Assembly: GCA_947650795.1 (NCBI GenBank)
Contig: CANSWR010000002.1
Coordinates: forward strand, 1 to 63,641
DNA: 63,641 nucleotides
Reading direction: 5' to 3'
From: an uncultured Bacillota bacterium
GTDB taxonomy: Bacteria; Bacillota_I; Bacilli_A; RF39; UBA660
The translations under genes and the position numbers were made by a program. Shown here piece after piece: positions 40,983-51,402 of the stretch. A model generated the notes under the pieces. It was not told where the DNA came from, did no database searches, and saw nothing but the letters and a program-made list of their open reading frames with translations. How positions within the stretch are numbered: the stretch's first letter is position 1; each line of letters begins with the position of its first letter.

Positions 40983-41058
40983 TAAAAAACATCCTTTCTA
41001 CACTTATATTGTAGTTAAGGACATTTTTTTATACAACTATAAGAATTTTTTAATATTA

Positions 41059-41745
41059 TTATACTTTCATAAGACTTTTTAACTTTTTAATAGCTTTCTT
41101 TTCTATTCTTGAAATATAAGATTGACTAATTCCTAACATATCAGCAACTTCTTTTTGAGTATACTCTTCAGAATTATTTAAACCGTAGCGCAGAGTCAAG
41201 ATTTCTCTATCCCTAGAAGGTAATTTATCTATAACTCCTGCTAAAATTTGTTTATCTACCACATCCTCATATTCCTTTTCCACTATATCTCCATCTGTTC
41301 CAAGAACATCTTCCAAATGAAGTTCATTTCCATCTCCATCAAAATTAATAGAATCTTCAAAAGACACTTCAACTTTCCTTCTCTTATTTTTTCTCAAAAA
41401 CATAAGTATCTCATTATCAATACATCTTGACGCATAAGTCGCAAGTTTAATATTTTTATCTAACTTATAAGTTTTAACACCTTTTATTAATCCAATTGTG
41501 CCTATAGATACTAAATCCTCTAAATCATACATAGTATTATCATATTTTTTAGCTAAATAAACAACTAATCTTAAATTATGCTCGATTAACTTATTTCTAG
41601 CACTAATATCACCTTCTTGACTTTTTAAAACTAGCTGTTCTTCTAAGTCTTTGCTTAAAGGTGGTGGCAATAAATCTGTGCTACCTAAATAAAAACACTT
41701 ACTATCATCTCTAAACAACTTCTTTAATAATTCCAACAATTTCAT
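41059..41745 (-). CDS. sigE: sporulation sigma factor SigE (pro-sigma-E)
   Basis: Pro-sequence MKLLELLKKLF, then YLGSTDLLPPPLS, then sigma-70 regions. Start chosen after GGAGG, 3 nt past the spoIIGA stop. Confidence 0.9.
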   Translation of the reverse strand: MKLLELLKKLFRDDSKCFYLGSTDLLPPPLSKDLEEQLVLKSQEGDISARNKLIEHNLRLVVYLAKKYDNTMYDLEDLVSIGTIGLIKGVKTYKLDKNIKLATYASRCIDNEILMFLRKNKRRKVEVSFEDSINFDGDGNELHLEDVLGTDGDIVEKEYEDVVDKQILAGVIDKLPSRDREILTLRYGLNNSEEYTQKEVADMLGISQSYISRIEKKAIKKLKSLMKV

Positions 41746-41747
41746 AA

Positions 41748-42539
41748 TTATTCCTCCATCAATAAATAATTTAAAATACAATTAATTCCATTATCTTTTA
41801 ATTTTGCATTAGTAAGTCCTATTACTACATCGGTTCTAATACCTATACCATCAATATACAATTTATCTACTCTTATACATTTTAAAAATCCTGTATTATT
41901 AACACTTTCATAAGGTACTAACATAAAATTACCTGGTGTCAAACACTCTTCTATTTCCTTAGAATTAACAACTATAACTTTATTATGATTATAAGGCTCT
42001 AGTAAAGTATTACCAGTATCCATAAAACCATTTAGTCGAACGACTCTCTTGTCTTTTAAATATACATCTACTTTATAACTTAAAGAATTTCTCAATTTAA
42101 ACTTATTCATTTCTTTAACATAAAAATACAAAATAACAGGAGAAGCTATTAAAATAAATAAATAGTTAACACTTAGTCCCTTATGATAAAATATCATACC
42201 TATATTCCTATAACTAAATTCTACATTCAAATAATACATAAATCCTCCCATAATAATACTTGTAATATAGAAATAAAACATATTAAGAATTACATATTTA
42301 ATATCTTTATATCCAAAAGTAACAAGTACTATTAAAATACTGAGTAATACTTTCATAAGAAATAAAGTTAAAGTAGTAAAAGGCACAAATAACACTAATA
42401 TTGTTAAACTTCCTAGTAATGCTCCTAAAGTAATTTTTTTTAACGAGGCATGTCTTTTCAATATAAGTGATACAGATAACAATAATATAAAATCAAATGC
42501 AAAATTAATAAAAATAATTAGGTCTACATATACTCTCAT
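41748..42539 (-). CDS. spoIIGA: sigma-E processing peptidase SpoIIGA
   Basis: Five N-terminal TM helices plus the DTGN aspartic protease motif (FMDTGNTL). Start chosen at MRVYVDLII. Confidence 0.85.
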   Translation of the reverse strand: MRVYVDLIIFINFAFDFILLLSVSLILKRHASLKKITLGALLGSLTILVLFVPFTTLTLFLMKVLLSILIVLVTFGYKDIKYVILNMFYFYITSIIMGGFMYYLNVEFSYRNIGMIFYHKGLSVNYLFILIASPVILYFYVKEMNKFKLRNSLSYKVDVYLKDKRVVRLNGFMDTGNTLLEPYNHNKVIVVNSKEIEECLTPGNFMLVPYESVNNTGFLKCIRVDKLYIDGIGIRTDVVIGLTNAKLKDNGINCILNYLLMEE

Positions 42540-42597
42540 ATACTCACCCTTTTTTATTATAGAAAAAAAAAGACAAGTTTTTTGTCGTTTCATAGTT

Positions 42598-43413
42598 TTA
42601 TCTAATTAATTTTTTTGCTACTTCTTCTTCAGTAATAATTCCCATTTTCATTTCTTCATAATATTCACGTAAACTGCCTACATTATAACCATTTAACATC
42701 ATTTGACCAGATAATTGATTAGAATCAGAGATAATTGGTTCTTCACTCACATAAAAAGATTTCTTTTCATATTCCCTAACAAAATTAGCTAGAAATCTCA
42801 AATTTATATAACTCCTATTTCCTTTAGGATAAATAAAAGAATAATAAAAATTCACAAGAAATCTAGTATCAAATAAAGTCCTTTCATTTGAATTCTTTAA
42901 TGTTAAAAACATACTATATAATATCTCATATTGTTCTTTGGTAACAACATAATTAGAAATAAAAGTATCATTTAACAATTTACTTAAAAAATCAATGTCT
43001 CTAGCATATTTCAAAAATTTTTTTTCTAGATAGTATTCATTTAAAAGCATATAATCACTTTTATAAAAAATATTAAGTAACCTAAGTTTTCTACTTGCTC
43101 TATAAGCAATAAATAATTTTCCTGTTTGATTTATATTATATAATTCTTTTAAACTATCTTCATCTTCTATTTTTTTAAATTCTTCATCAAAATATCTTAA
43201 TTGATTTGGAGTACTTATTTTATAATATTTCCTATAAAAAAGCGTTCTAATTTTATAATTAAAATCTAAATCGCCTATAAAATAAGGATTAGTTCTGACA
43301 CTATTATAATTATTAAAATCTTTACACACGCTTTCTACTCTAATATTACTAAATAAATGCTTTTTTTCAAGTTTTCCTTCCAAAACTAATGTATATCTAT
43401 TTACTTTTGCCAT
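42598..43413 (-). CDS. hypothetical protein
   Basis: ORF track, 271 aa. No motif recognised. Confidence 0.6.
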   Translation of the reverse strand: MAKVNRYTLVLEGKLEKKHLFSNIRVESVCKDFNNYNSVRTNPYFIGDLDFNYKIRTLFYRKYYKISTPNQLRYFDEEFKKIEDEDSLKELYNINQTGKLFIAYRASRKLRLLNIFYKSDYMLLNEYYLEKKFLKYARDIDFLSKLLNDTFISNYVVTKEQYEILYSMFLTLKNSNERTLFDTRFLVNFYYSFIYPKGNRSYINLRFLANFVREYEKKSFYVSEEPIISDSNQLSGQMMLNGYNVGSLREYYEEMKMGIITEEEVAKKLIR

Positions 43414-43554
43414 AATCTAAACCTCCATAACTATATATATAGAATAGCATAATTTAAGAATTAAAGTCAAAGCATTTTTTATGACTAAGAAAACAAGTAA
43501 TTTTAATCAAATAAAAACTATCATAAAATTGAATTCTATGATAGTTTAATTTAT

Positions 43555-45777
43555 TTATTTTTCTACTGTTCTAGTAACACCTGTAGGTGTCCATCCTTCT
43601 AAAGTCTTATATTCGCTCCATTTATATCTATATGAAGTTACTTTATTAACTGTTGCTTTAGCATCATATGAATTAGAAACAGTGCCTAAATAACATTTAT
43701 GGTCATTCTTTAATTCTCCTCCATTTGGACAAGTATAAACTGTCTTTCCATCTGTCTTAGAAGAATTATAATTATAACTATTATTAATTACACATCTTCC
43801 ACCACTTAAGTTTCCTCCATTTGGACAATACTGTGTACCAGCACTTTGTGAAGCATCATATACTTGAGTTTCAGTAACTACACATGTTGATCCACTTAAA
43901 GTTCCTCCATTCGGACAACTATATTTTCCTGGAGTAGCAGTTGCCTTATAATTATAAGAATCATCATAATAGCATCTTCCACCACTTAAGTTTCCTCCAT
44001 TTGGACAATAATAACTTCCTTGGCCTCTACTTGCAGTATATGTATAAGAATCGTCATAATAACATCTATTACCAGATAATTGACCACCATTTGGACAATA
44101 TTTACTTCCTTGTGACATTGAAGCTGCATATGAACTTGAACTTGTCCCTACACAGACAGAACCACTTCTATTATAACCACTTGGACAACTATAAGAAGCT
44201 GTAGCTGCCACTGTTTGAGTACTTGAAGTTGTAGTACATTTACCATTTACTGGATTTGCACCATTCGAGCAATAATAATTTGGTGTTGCACTAACTGTTT
44301 TACTACTTGTAGAACCTGATTTAACACACATCTTAGTACTATTATTTAGATTTCCACCACTTGGACAACTATATTCATAAACTGAATATCTCCAAGTATA
44401 ATAATAAACTGGATTTGGACATTGTAATTTATTACTACATGTATATCTTGCTTCTTTTCTAACTAAAGCATAACCACTTCCCATATTCGAATTAGTATTA
44501 GTTATAGTTTTACTAACTGCTTTTCTAGTAGCAGCATAACTACTTCCAGGTGTAGTTGTAGTTATAGTACATGTAGAAGTACTTACTGTTCTTCCATCTG
44601 GACAAGTATAATTTCTTATCAACGCATTTGTACTAGATGTACTTCCAGGTTTAACACAAATTGAACCACTCTTACTATAACCACTAGGACATGTATATAC
44701 AACTGTAGCAGCAATTGTTGAAGTTGATGAAGTATAACATCTAGAACCGTTTAAAGTTCCTCCATTTGGACAATAATAACTTCCAGAACTTGTTGAAGCT
44801 ATATAAGAGTTTTCTCTAGTTACATAACATACACCATCTCTTAAAGTTCCTCCATTTGGACAATAATATTCTCCAACACTAAGTGAAGCAACATAAGAAT
44901 TTTCTCTAGTTACATAACATACACCATCTCTTAAAGTTCCTCCATTTGGACAACTATATGTTGTAGCTGCTTGACTAGCTGCATAAGTACTTGTTCCATT
45001 TTTATAACATTTACCATTATTTAAAGTTCCTCCATTTGGACAATAATAACTTCCTGTACTAGTTGAAGGATTATAATATTCCATCTTAGTAACATAACAT
45101 ATACCGTCTTTTAATTCTCCTCCATCTGGACAATACTCAGTCCCTTTAGTAGTAGTCTGTGTTGCTTTATAGCTGTTAGTACTGTATATATAACATTTAC
45201 CATTACTTAATACTCCTCCATCTGGACAACTATAAACAGTATTTTCTCCCGTTACTTCTTGTTTAAACTGATATTCAAGTGATAATTGTTTTTCAGGTTC
45301 TTTAAAACACTCTTCTTTCTCACAATAAGTATAACATCCTAAAGTTTTCTCAACAAAATTCTTCTCACTTGGACAAACTAAGTTAACTTTTAAAGTAAAA
45401 TCATTTTTATTTTTTCTAACTTGTACATAAGAATTTAATGTATCACATTCTTCACCATTTTCATCTACGAACGGTAATATCAAATTCTTATTAATCATTT
45501 CTTGAAGTGTTATCTCTGCTGTATCACCAATATTCTTTGGTAATCTCTCATCTGTATAATAACTCTCTGCTGCATCTTGCATGTACTTAATATTTTCTCT
45601 AAACACATTACTATAAAAAGGTTTCATATTAGGTACTTTTGGAAATAACCATAATAATAACAATAAGAATATTACCAAAAATACAGCTTTAATTATTACA
45701 TCTTTCCAATCAAATCTTCTATTTCTAGGTTCTCTCTCATCCCATTTAAAACCAGGATTTTTTTCACTACTATACAT
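43555..45777 (-). CDS. membrane-anchored protein with about 16 tandem Cys-pair repeats (Y-x-C-P-x-G-G-x-L-x-x-G-x-C-Y)
   Basis: An N-terminal TM helix (VIIKAVFLVIFLLLLLWLF), then repeats such as YYCPNGGTLNNGKCY, YSCPNGGTLRDGVCY and YSCPSGYNRSGSVCV. Confidence 0.75.
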   Translation of the reverse strand: MYSSEKNPGFKWDEREPRNRRFDWKDVIIKAVFLVIFLLLLLWLFPKVPNMKPFYSNVFRENIKYMQDAAESYYTDERLPKNIGDTAEITLQEMINKNLILPFVDENGEECDTLNSYVQVRKNKNDFTLKVNLVCPSEKNFVEKTLGCYTYCEKEECFKEPEKQLSLEYQFKQEVTGENTVYSCPDGGVLSNGKCYIYSTNSYKATQTTTKGTEYCPDGGELKDGICYVTKMEYYNPSTSTGSYYCPNGGTLNNGKCYKNGTSTYAASQAATTYSCPNGGTLRDGVCYVTRENSYVASLSVGEYYCPNGGTLRDGVCYVTRENSYIASTSSGSYYCPNGGTLNGSRCYTSSTSTIAATVVYTCPSGYSKSGSICVKPGSTSSTNALIRNYTCPDGRTVSTSTCTITTTTPGSSYAATRKAVSKTITNTNSNMGSGYALVRKEARYTCSNKLQCPNPVYYYTWRYSVYEYSCPSGGNLNNSTKMCVKSGSTSSKTVSATPNYYCSNGANPVNGKCTTTSSTQTVAATASYSCPSGYNRSGSVCVGTSSSSYAASMSQGSKYCPNGGQLSGNRCYYDDSYTYTASRGQGSYYCPNGGNLSGGRCYYDDSYNYKATATPGKYSCPNGGTLSGSTCVVTETQVYDASQSAGTQYCPNGGNLSGGRCVINNSYNYNSSKTDGKTVYTCPNGGELKNDHKCYLGTVSNSYDAKATVNKVTSYRYKWSEYKTLEGWTPTGVTRTVEK
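44810..44953 (-). repeat. near-perfect 90-nt tandem duplication inside the Cys-repeat gene
   Basis: The 54 nt at 44810-44863 are identical to 44900-44953. Both encode RDGVCYVTRENSY...YYCPNGGTL. Confidence 0.85.
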
Positions 45778-45796
45778 AACTTCTCCCCCTTACCTA

Positions 45797-47170
45797 CTAT
45801 TTTAATTTTCTACCAAAATCATCTTCATACATAGCTTTGCTATTATAATTATCAGAAACCATTTGAACTAAATAACTTCCCATTATATTAAGGTCTTCTA
45901 CTTCATCTGTCTTTTCACCATTTTCACTAATCATATTAACAGTACAAACAGCATAATTAAATTCATTAGTAATATCATAAAATGATCTTTCTTCACAACT
46001 AATAGGATCATATATCATTAAAGCTTTTGCTTCACCACATAAAGTAGCACCATTTAAGAAAGCTATACTAGTAAGATATTTCATACCACCTGTTTCTAAT
46101 GAATTCAAATCAATTGAAGAATAACCTTGTAATAATGCTGAACTTAAGAATAATTCTGCATATTGTTTTTGTAAAGCACTTATATCTTCTTTACCTGCAC
46201 CTTGTATCATACCTGTTCTTAATTTTGATAATTGATGAAGTAACATTTGTCCTTTAGTACCATCTACACAGAATATCCCTAAATCTAATGTTCCAGAAGT
46301 TTCAGTTCTTTCAGTAGTAACTCCATTTACTCTATCAGTTGCATTTCCTTCTTCTCTAAACATCAAATTATTAATTGTATTAATTGCATATGTAGCACTA
46401 TCAACACTAACATTTTCACAATTACCTGCACCAATCTGCCTTATTTGTTCTGCAATTTCATCTATCGTAACATATTGCTGAGGCAAATAGACATCATAAT
46501 ACTTTGTCTTAATTTCTTCTGCTCTAGCATAAACCTGCTCTTCATTATAAATATCAGTTAAAACCGTATCAAATAATCCCTTTTTCTCTTGAGGATTATC
46601 ATAAGACCCAGGAGTTTCTACTGCATTATTATTTGCAGAATTAGTAGTACCTTTATCTTCAAAAACACCATCTAAATTTGGAAAGCCAAAAGGATTATTT
46701 GTTAAAGAAGTTTCATCATCTTCTACACTAGATTGTCCATTACTTCCTAAAGTGTCATCTGTTGACTGTCCACTTTGAGTATCTTTAGAAGGATCCATTG
46801 TACCTTGAAGATCTTGATCATCATCATTATTTAATACTTTATCATTATTATTTGAATATAAATACGCTCCATAAGCAAGTCCCCCTGCTGCCACTATAGA
46901 TACAAGAGCAATTAAAGCTTTTTTCTTACCACTTCCAACAAGCCCTAAACTGCCTTGTGCTCTAGCTCTAGCTTGTTCTTGTAAAATATCTAGTTGATCA
47001 TTTAGTTTTCTAATAACCTCATTATATCTATCATATTTTCTTTTATCAGCTTCATTTAAATCATCCCTGCTCTGAGCTATAGGATCATAAGATTCAGCCA
47101 TAATTCTAAGCTTTTCTTGATATTTTAAAATCTTTTTTTCTAATCTTTCTATTTTTTTATTAATATTCAT
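45797..47170 (-). CDS. hypothetical protein (coiled-coil, single TM, large extracytoplasmic domain)
   Basis: ORF track, 457 aa. TM segment KKALIALVSIVAAGGLAYGAYLY. Confidence 0.65.
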   Translation of the reverse strand: MNINKKIERLEKKILKYQEKLRIMAESYDPIAQSRDDLNEADKRKYDRYNEVIRKLNDQLDILQEQARARAQGSLGLVGSGKKKALIALVSIVAAGGLAYGAYLYSNNNDKVLNNDDDQDLQGTMDPSKDTQSGQSTDDTLGSNGQSSVEDDETSLTNNPFGFPNLDGVFEDKGTTNSANNNAVETPGSYDNPQEKKGLFDTVLTDIYNEEQVYARAEEIKTKYYDVYLPQQYVTIDEIAEQIRQIGAGNCENVSVDSATYAINTINNLMFREEGNATDRVNGVTTERTETSGTLDLGIFCVDGTKGQMLLHQLSKLRTGMIQGAGKEDISALQKQYAELFLSSALLQGYSSIDLNSLETGGMKYLTSIAFLNGATLCGEAKALMIYDPISCEERSFYDITNEFNYAVCTVNMISENGEKTDEVEDLNIMGSYLVQMVSDNYNSKAMYEDDFGRKLK

Positions 47171-47360
47171 ACAAATACCCCCTTTGTGAATATATGACTA
47201 AGATTATACTCCAAAATACTTAAAAAGTCAACCAATTTAGTATATTATTGGTGTTTATTTTGTACCATTTCAAATACCGTTACAAACAGAAACAAATTAT
47301 CATTTACAATAACAAAATCTCTTCTTACACCAATATAAAAGTGAAAAAAGAGATTAAAAA

Positions 47361-48185
47361 CTAATTAAGTAACTCTGAAATACTGACAATCTTCATTTGT
47401 TTACCAGTAATATAATTAATAATTGGACTTATTTCATTCTTTGTCTGCTCACTCTCCTTATACACATAAAAATTTCCCTTATTTAAAGTTTTCTTAGTAT
47501 TAAGAAAAATATCATGAGTATAAACATACTCTGGTTTTATAGTATTAATTTTAGACTTTTTACACATATCCAAATTATCCTTAACACCTAAATTAACGCA
47601 AAACTTTCTCTCACTATTTTGAAATTCCTTCATAACACTTAAATACTTTTTAAAATCATTTTCTTCACTACCACCATAAACTATATCAAAGCCTTCATTA
47701 TATACATCCTTTAAATACTCTTTATGAGTTTCTGCTACACTACCTGTAACTATTAAATTTAATTTTACACCTTTATATTTACTAACATCTACAATATCCT
47801 TAATATAAGAACCATCTATCACATTAATAAATAAACTAACACCTAAAGTAGCTTCATTAGCCTTTATTATATAGCTATCCTTGGTAGTATCTAAATTAAC
47901 ATCACACTTGATTTCCTCAAATACCATTAAATCCTCATCAAATCCATAACCTTGCATATTAGAATAACTAGCACTGGTATCAATAACTCGACCATTAACC
48001 CCAAGCACGACTCCACTTGGAGTTTTATATCCCTCTTTACATGGCACATAAGATGTTTCTTTATACTCTTCTATACTCACCATAATAGGATCTTTACTAT
48101 TCATAATCTTAGTAACCTTCTCAGTATAATAAAAACTAAAACAAGTAATTACAAAAAGCCCTATATATTCAAAGTATTTTTTCAT
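47361..48185 (-). CDS. hypothetical membrane-anchored protein, possibly a degenerate NodB (polysaccharide deacetylase)-like fold
   Basis: Start chosen at MKKYFEY after AGGTGA. The layout ..LGVSLFINVIDG...VKLNLIVTGSVAETHKEYLKDVYNEGFDIVYGG loosely mirrors the NodB motif order but lacks the catalytic residues. Confidence 0.5.
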   Translation of the reverse strand: MKKYFEYIGLFVITCFSFYYTEKVTKIMNSKDPIMVSIEEYKETSYVPCKEGYKTPSGVVLGVNGRVIDTSASYSNMQGYGFDEDLMVFEEIKCDVNLDTTKDSYIIKANEATLGVSLFINVIDGSYIKDIVDVSKYKGVKLNLIVTGSVAETHKEYLKDVYNEGFDIVYGGSEENDFKKYLSVMKEFQNSERKFCVNLGVKDNLDMCKKSKINTIKPEYVYTHDIFLNTKKTLNKGNFYVYKESEQTKNEISPIINYITGKQMKIVSISELLN

Positions 48186-48233
48186 ATCTTCACCTATCAA
48201 ATATATATGATTGTAATTAATGTTTTAGTATAA

Positions 48234-48479
48234 TTATTTTAAAAAATGTCTAGCTAAAACTTTATCCTTTCCTGTATAATCAATCTCATCCTTAACCTCA
48301 AGCTCCTTAATATAAAGATCTACTCTCTGTATTGTCTGATGTCTAGTATACTTTTGACAATTAAAACAGTAAGCATACTTAAATCCATGAATTTTAACAA
48401 CTTCTCCTCTAATTTTTAAAGGATAAACACTCCCACAATTACTACAAACTAAATCTGTTTCTTTAACTTTCTTTTTCAT
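48234..48479 (-). CDS. small zinc-ribbon protein
   Basis: CSNC...CFNC, two CxxC pairs. Confidence 0.55.
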   Translation of the reverse strand: MKKKVKETDLVCSNCGSVYPLKIRGEVVKIHGFKYAYCFNCQKYTRHQTIQRVDLYIKELEVKDEIDYTGKDKVLARHFLK

Positions 48480-48501
48480 AAAACCCTCTACAAAACAATT
48501 A

Positions 48502-50553
48502 CTACTCAGCTATCATATCTATATTTAAGTTCATTTCCTCAGATAATTCTATTCTCTTAACAATATCTTGATAACCTGTTCTACTAAATATTATATCATA
48601 ATTTCCACTTATTAAATCATTAAATTCATATTTTCCTTCTTTATCTGTTCCTTTAACATATTTCATATCTTGTTTATCTACACTTTCTATACTAACCTTC
48701 ACATTAGATAAGACTTTTCCGTTTGATTTAACAACTCCACTAAGCTTATAAGAGCCACCCTTTAAAATATTAGTCTCATAAAAAGCACTCTTAATTATAG
48801 ATATACTATTCTCACTAAGTCCAAAATTCTCTGCTGTCTTTATTACTGCAAGAGCACAGTCTTCAAAATCTGAAGTTGGTGTTAACATAAATAAAGAATT
48901 ATACCAAACTTTTGCCATCTCTTCACGACTAGAAAAAGCTTCATTTTTAAAAGTTAAATAAGCAGCATGACCTATAACTGTACTATTTGTATGTACTCCA
49001 CCATTATCATATTCATATAAACTTTTCATATCATTATCTTCTAAATACTTTAAAACTGATTTTCCATTAAGATTAGGATAATAATTTTCTCCATTTTTCT
49101 TTGATGGTTTTAAATATTTATTAGGATTAGATAAATCACTTCTTATTATACCCTCTAAAGGAGTATTATAAGCCATTACAAAACTTTTACTTTCAATAAG
49201 AAGTGCTAAGATATCACTATAAGCTTCACTTAATGCACCACTTTGATTTTCTGTAGTGTTTTTATATAACTTATCAAAATTTTCTCCTAAAGACGAAATA
49301 GTACTAACAACTCCATGAGTAAATTCATGTGCTAGCAAACTTTTATAATTACCTAAAGACTCATCATTATATGAACCTATAAAAATTTGATTAGTTAAAG
49401 GATTATAAAAAGCATTAACATCTTCTTCTCCATTCACACCTAAAAAAACACTAATCTTACTTCCATTATTATCATAAGATTTTCTACCTAAAGAATTATA
49501 ATAATAATCATAAATTTCTTCATAATTTTTCATAGTCTTAACAATATCCTTAGATAATAGAGAGCTATCACTAATTACTATTTCCCCATTTGTTATATCT
49601 CCAATAAAAATATTACCATCTTTAGAATAAAAACCATTTAATTTACTACCATCCAATATTTCCAAATTTCTAGAATTATCTAAAAAACGGTATCTTACCT
49701 TATTCTCCATAGAATCTTGATACTCATCTAAATTTATAAACTCATTACTAGATAAACCGCTTCCAGAATACTTATAATTAATATTAAAAATAATATCTTG
49801 ATCTTTATTTATTATTTCACCAGTACTACCATTTATTAAATAAGAAAATACATTCTCTCCATCTGTCGCATAAACTAAATATACAGCTAAATAATCATTT
49901 GTATAAGGCACGATTATTCTTTCTCTACTCAAAATAATAGCATCACTCATATCTTCTTTAACTTTATTAGAAACTTCATTATCTTTTAAAGTAAAATAAT
50001 TAGAAATTTTTATATTTGGTATATAATTACCTGTAATACTTAGAACTTCTCCAAATTCATTAACACTCATAACCAATTCATGACCATAAACTTTTATCTT
50101 ATTATATATTTGTTCTAAACGGTAATAAGTAATATTTTCACTTTTCTCACTACTTATATTAAATTCTTGTTTAGGATTCTCAAATTGATATAACTCACTT
50201 AAATTATCTAAAACTTCATAAACTTTGCTTTCACTATTAACTTTTTTTGAAGTAATATTACCACTTAAATATTTGGGTACATTATATTCGCCCATTACAC
50301 TTATCATTTCTTCTTTATCATTATTTAAAGTATTATCTGAAACATTCTCTTTATCTAAAGTATTAATAGTATAAAAGAAAATGCCGCCAAACAATCCTAA
50401 AAGAAACAAAAGAATTAGAAAAGAACTAACCTTACTTTTTTTCTTCTTTAAAGTTAAATCTGCTTCTATTGGATTACCAGGAGCATAAACTTTCTTTCCA
50501 CACTTAGAACAATAATCATTACTTAATTCTGTATTACAATAAGGACATCTCAT
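48502..50553 (-). CDS. M4 (thermolysin-like) metallopeptidase with an N-terminal zinc ribbon, a TM helix and a C-terminal carboxypeptidase-regulatory-like domain
   Basis: HEFTH (HExxH) plus GALSEAYSDI (the third zinc ligand, as in thermolysin GALNEAxSD). N-terminal CPYC...CSKC. Confidence 0.8.
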   Translation of the reverse strand: MRCPYCNTELSNDYCSKCGKKVYAPGNPIEADLTLKKKKSKVSSFLILLFLLGLFGGIFFYTINTLDKENVSDNTLNNDKEEMISVMGEYNVPKYLSGNITSKKVNSESKVYEVLDNLSELYQFENPKQEFNISSEKSENITYYRLEQIYNKIKVYGHELVMSVNEFGEVLSITGNYIPNIKISNYFTLKDNEVSNKVKEDMSDAIILSRERIIVPYTNDYLAVYLVYATDGENVFSYLINGSTGEIINKDQDIIFNINYKYSGSGLSSNEFINLDEYQDSMENKVRYRFLDNSRNLEILDGSKLNGFYSKDGNIFIGDITNGEIVISDSSLLSKDIVKTMKNYEEIYDYYYNSLGRKSYDNNGSKISVFLGVNGEEDVNAFYNPLTNQIFIGSYNDESLGNYKSLLAHEFTHGVVSTISSLGENFDKLYKNTTENQSGALSEAYSDILALLIESKSFVMAYNTPLEGIIRSDLSNPNKYLKPSKKNGENYYPNLNGKSVLKYLEDNDMKSLYEYDNGGVHTNSTVIGHAAYLTFKNEAFSSREEMAKVWYNSLFMLTPTSDFEDCALAVIKTAENFGLSENSISIIKSAFYETNILKGGSYKLSGVVKSNGKVLSNVKVSIESVDKQDMKYVKGTDKEGKYEFNDLISGNYDIIFSRTGYQDIVKRIELSEEMNLNIDMIAE

Positions 50554-50582
50554 TATTACCCCTCCTCATCTTTTTTCCTAGG

Positions 50583-51335
50583 TTATAATCCAAAAACAGT
50601 ATTTTTAAATAAAGAAACAAAAGCTACATAAGAAATAACAATTAAAATACCTATATTTATAGAATTATAATATATTTTCATATTCCCATCCATTCTTAAT
50701 TCATAATTATATAAACCTAATAACAAACTTACTGAATAAACTATACCAAGTAAATTGATAACAGTAAAATGTTCCCAAGCTATAGTCATAATAGGCGCTA
50801 ATATAAAAGAACATAAAACAAAAGGCAATAAACTTGAAGCAGAAATAGTAACAGACTTAAAGAAATTAATTTCCTTTTTTATAACTAAACTTGAAAGATA
50901 AAAAACACCAGCTATTACTAAAATTATAAGAACATATATAAAGAAATTCTTAAAAATTAATTCTAAAAAATTCAAATCTTTTATTCTTGAAAATTCTATA
51001 GAAGTTTCATACCCTTTACCAAAAGTATAATGACTTACACTAATAACATCAAAAATCTCAAATATCAAATTACTTATAACCATTACTAAAGAAATTATTC
51101 CACTAATTATAACAGCAAAAATAGGATTAACCATTTTATCTTTATATTCTTTAATAGCGTCAATAGGTTTTAACAAAACACTTAGAATATATTTAATAAC
51201 ACTTATAAACAAATCCCCAAAATTATTATTATTCTTTACTTCTTTTTCCTTAACTTCTATAGTACCACCACAATTAGGACAAAATTTATCACCTGATTTT
51301 ACTAAAGTTCCACAACTATTACATTTCATTTCCAT
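50583..51335 (-). CDS. zinc-ribbon plus multi-TM (Yip1-like) membrane protein
   Basis: CNSC...CPNC, then five hydrophobic helices. Confidence 0.6.
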   Translation of the reverse strand: MEMKCNSCGTLVKSGDKFCPNCGGTIEVKEKEVKNNNNFGDLFISVIKYILSVLLKPIDAIKEYKDKMVNPIFAVIISGIISLVMVISNLIFEIFDVISVSHYTFGKGYETSIEFSRIKDLNFLELIFKNFFIYVLIILVIAGVFYLSSLVIKKEINFFKSVTISASSLLPFVLCSFILAPIMTIAWEHFTVINLLGIVYSVSLLLGLYNYELRMDGNMKIYYNSINIGILIVISYVAFVSLFKNTVFGL

Positions 51336-51402
51336 TCTCCTTTATAAAATTTATAATTTAATTTTATAAAATACTATATTATTTGTCAACAGATTAAATA
51401 AA

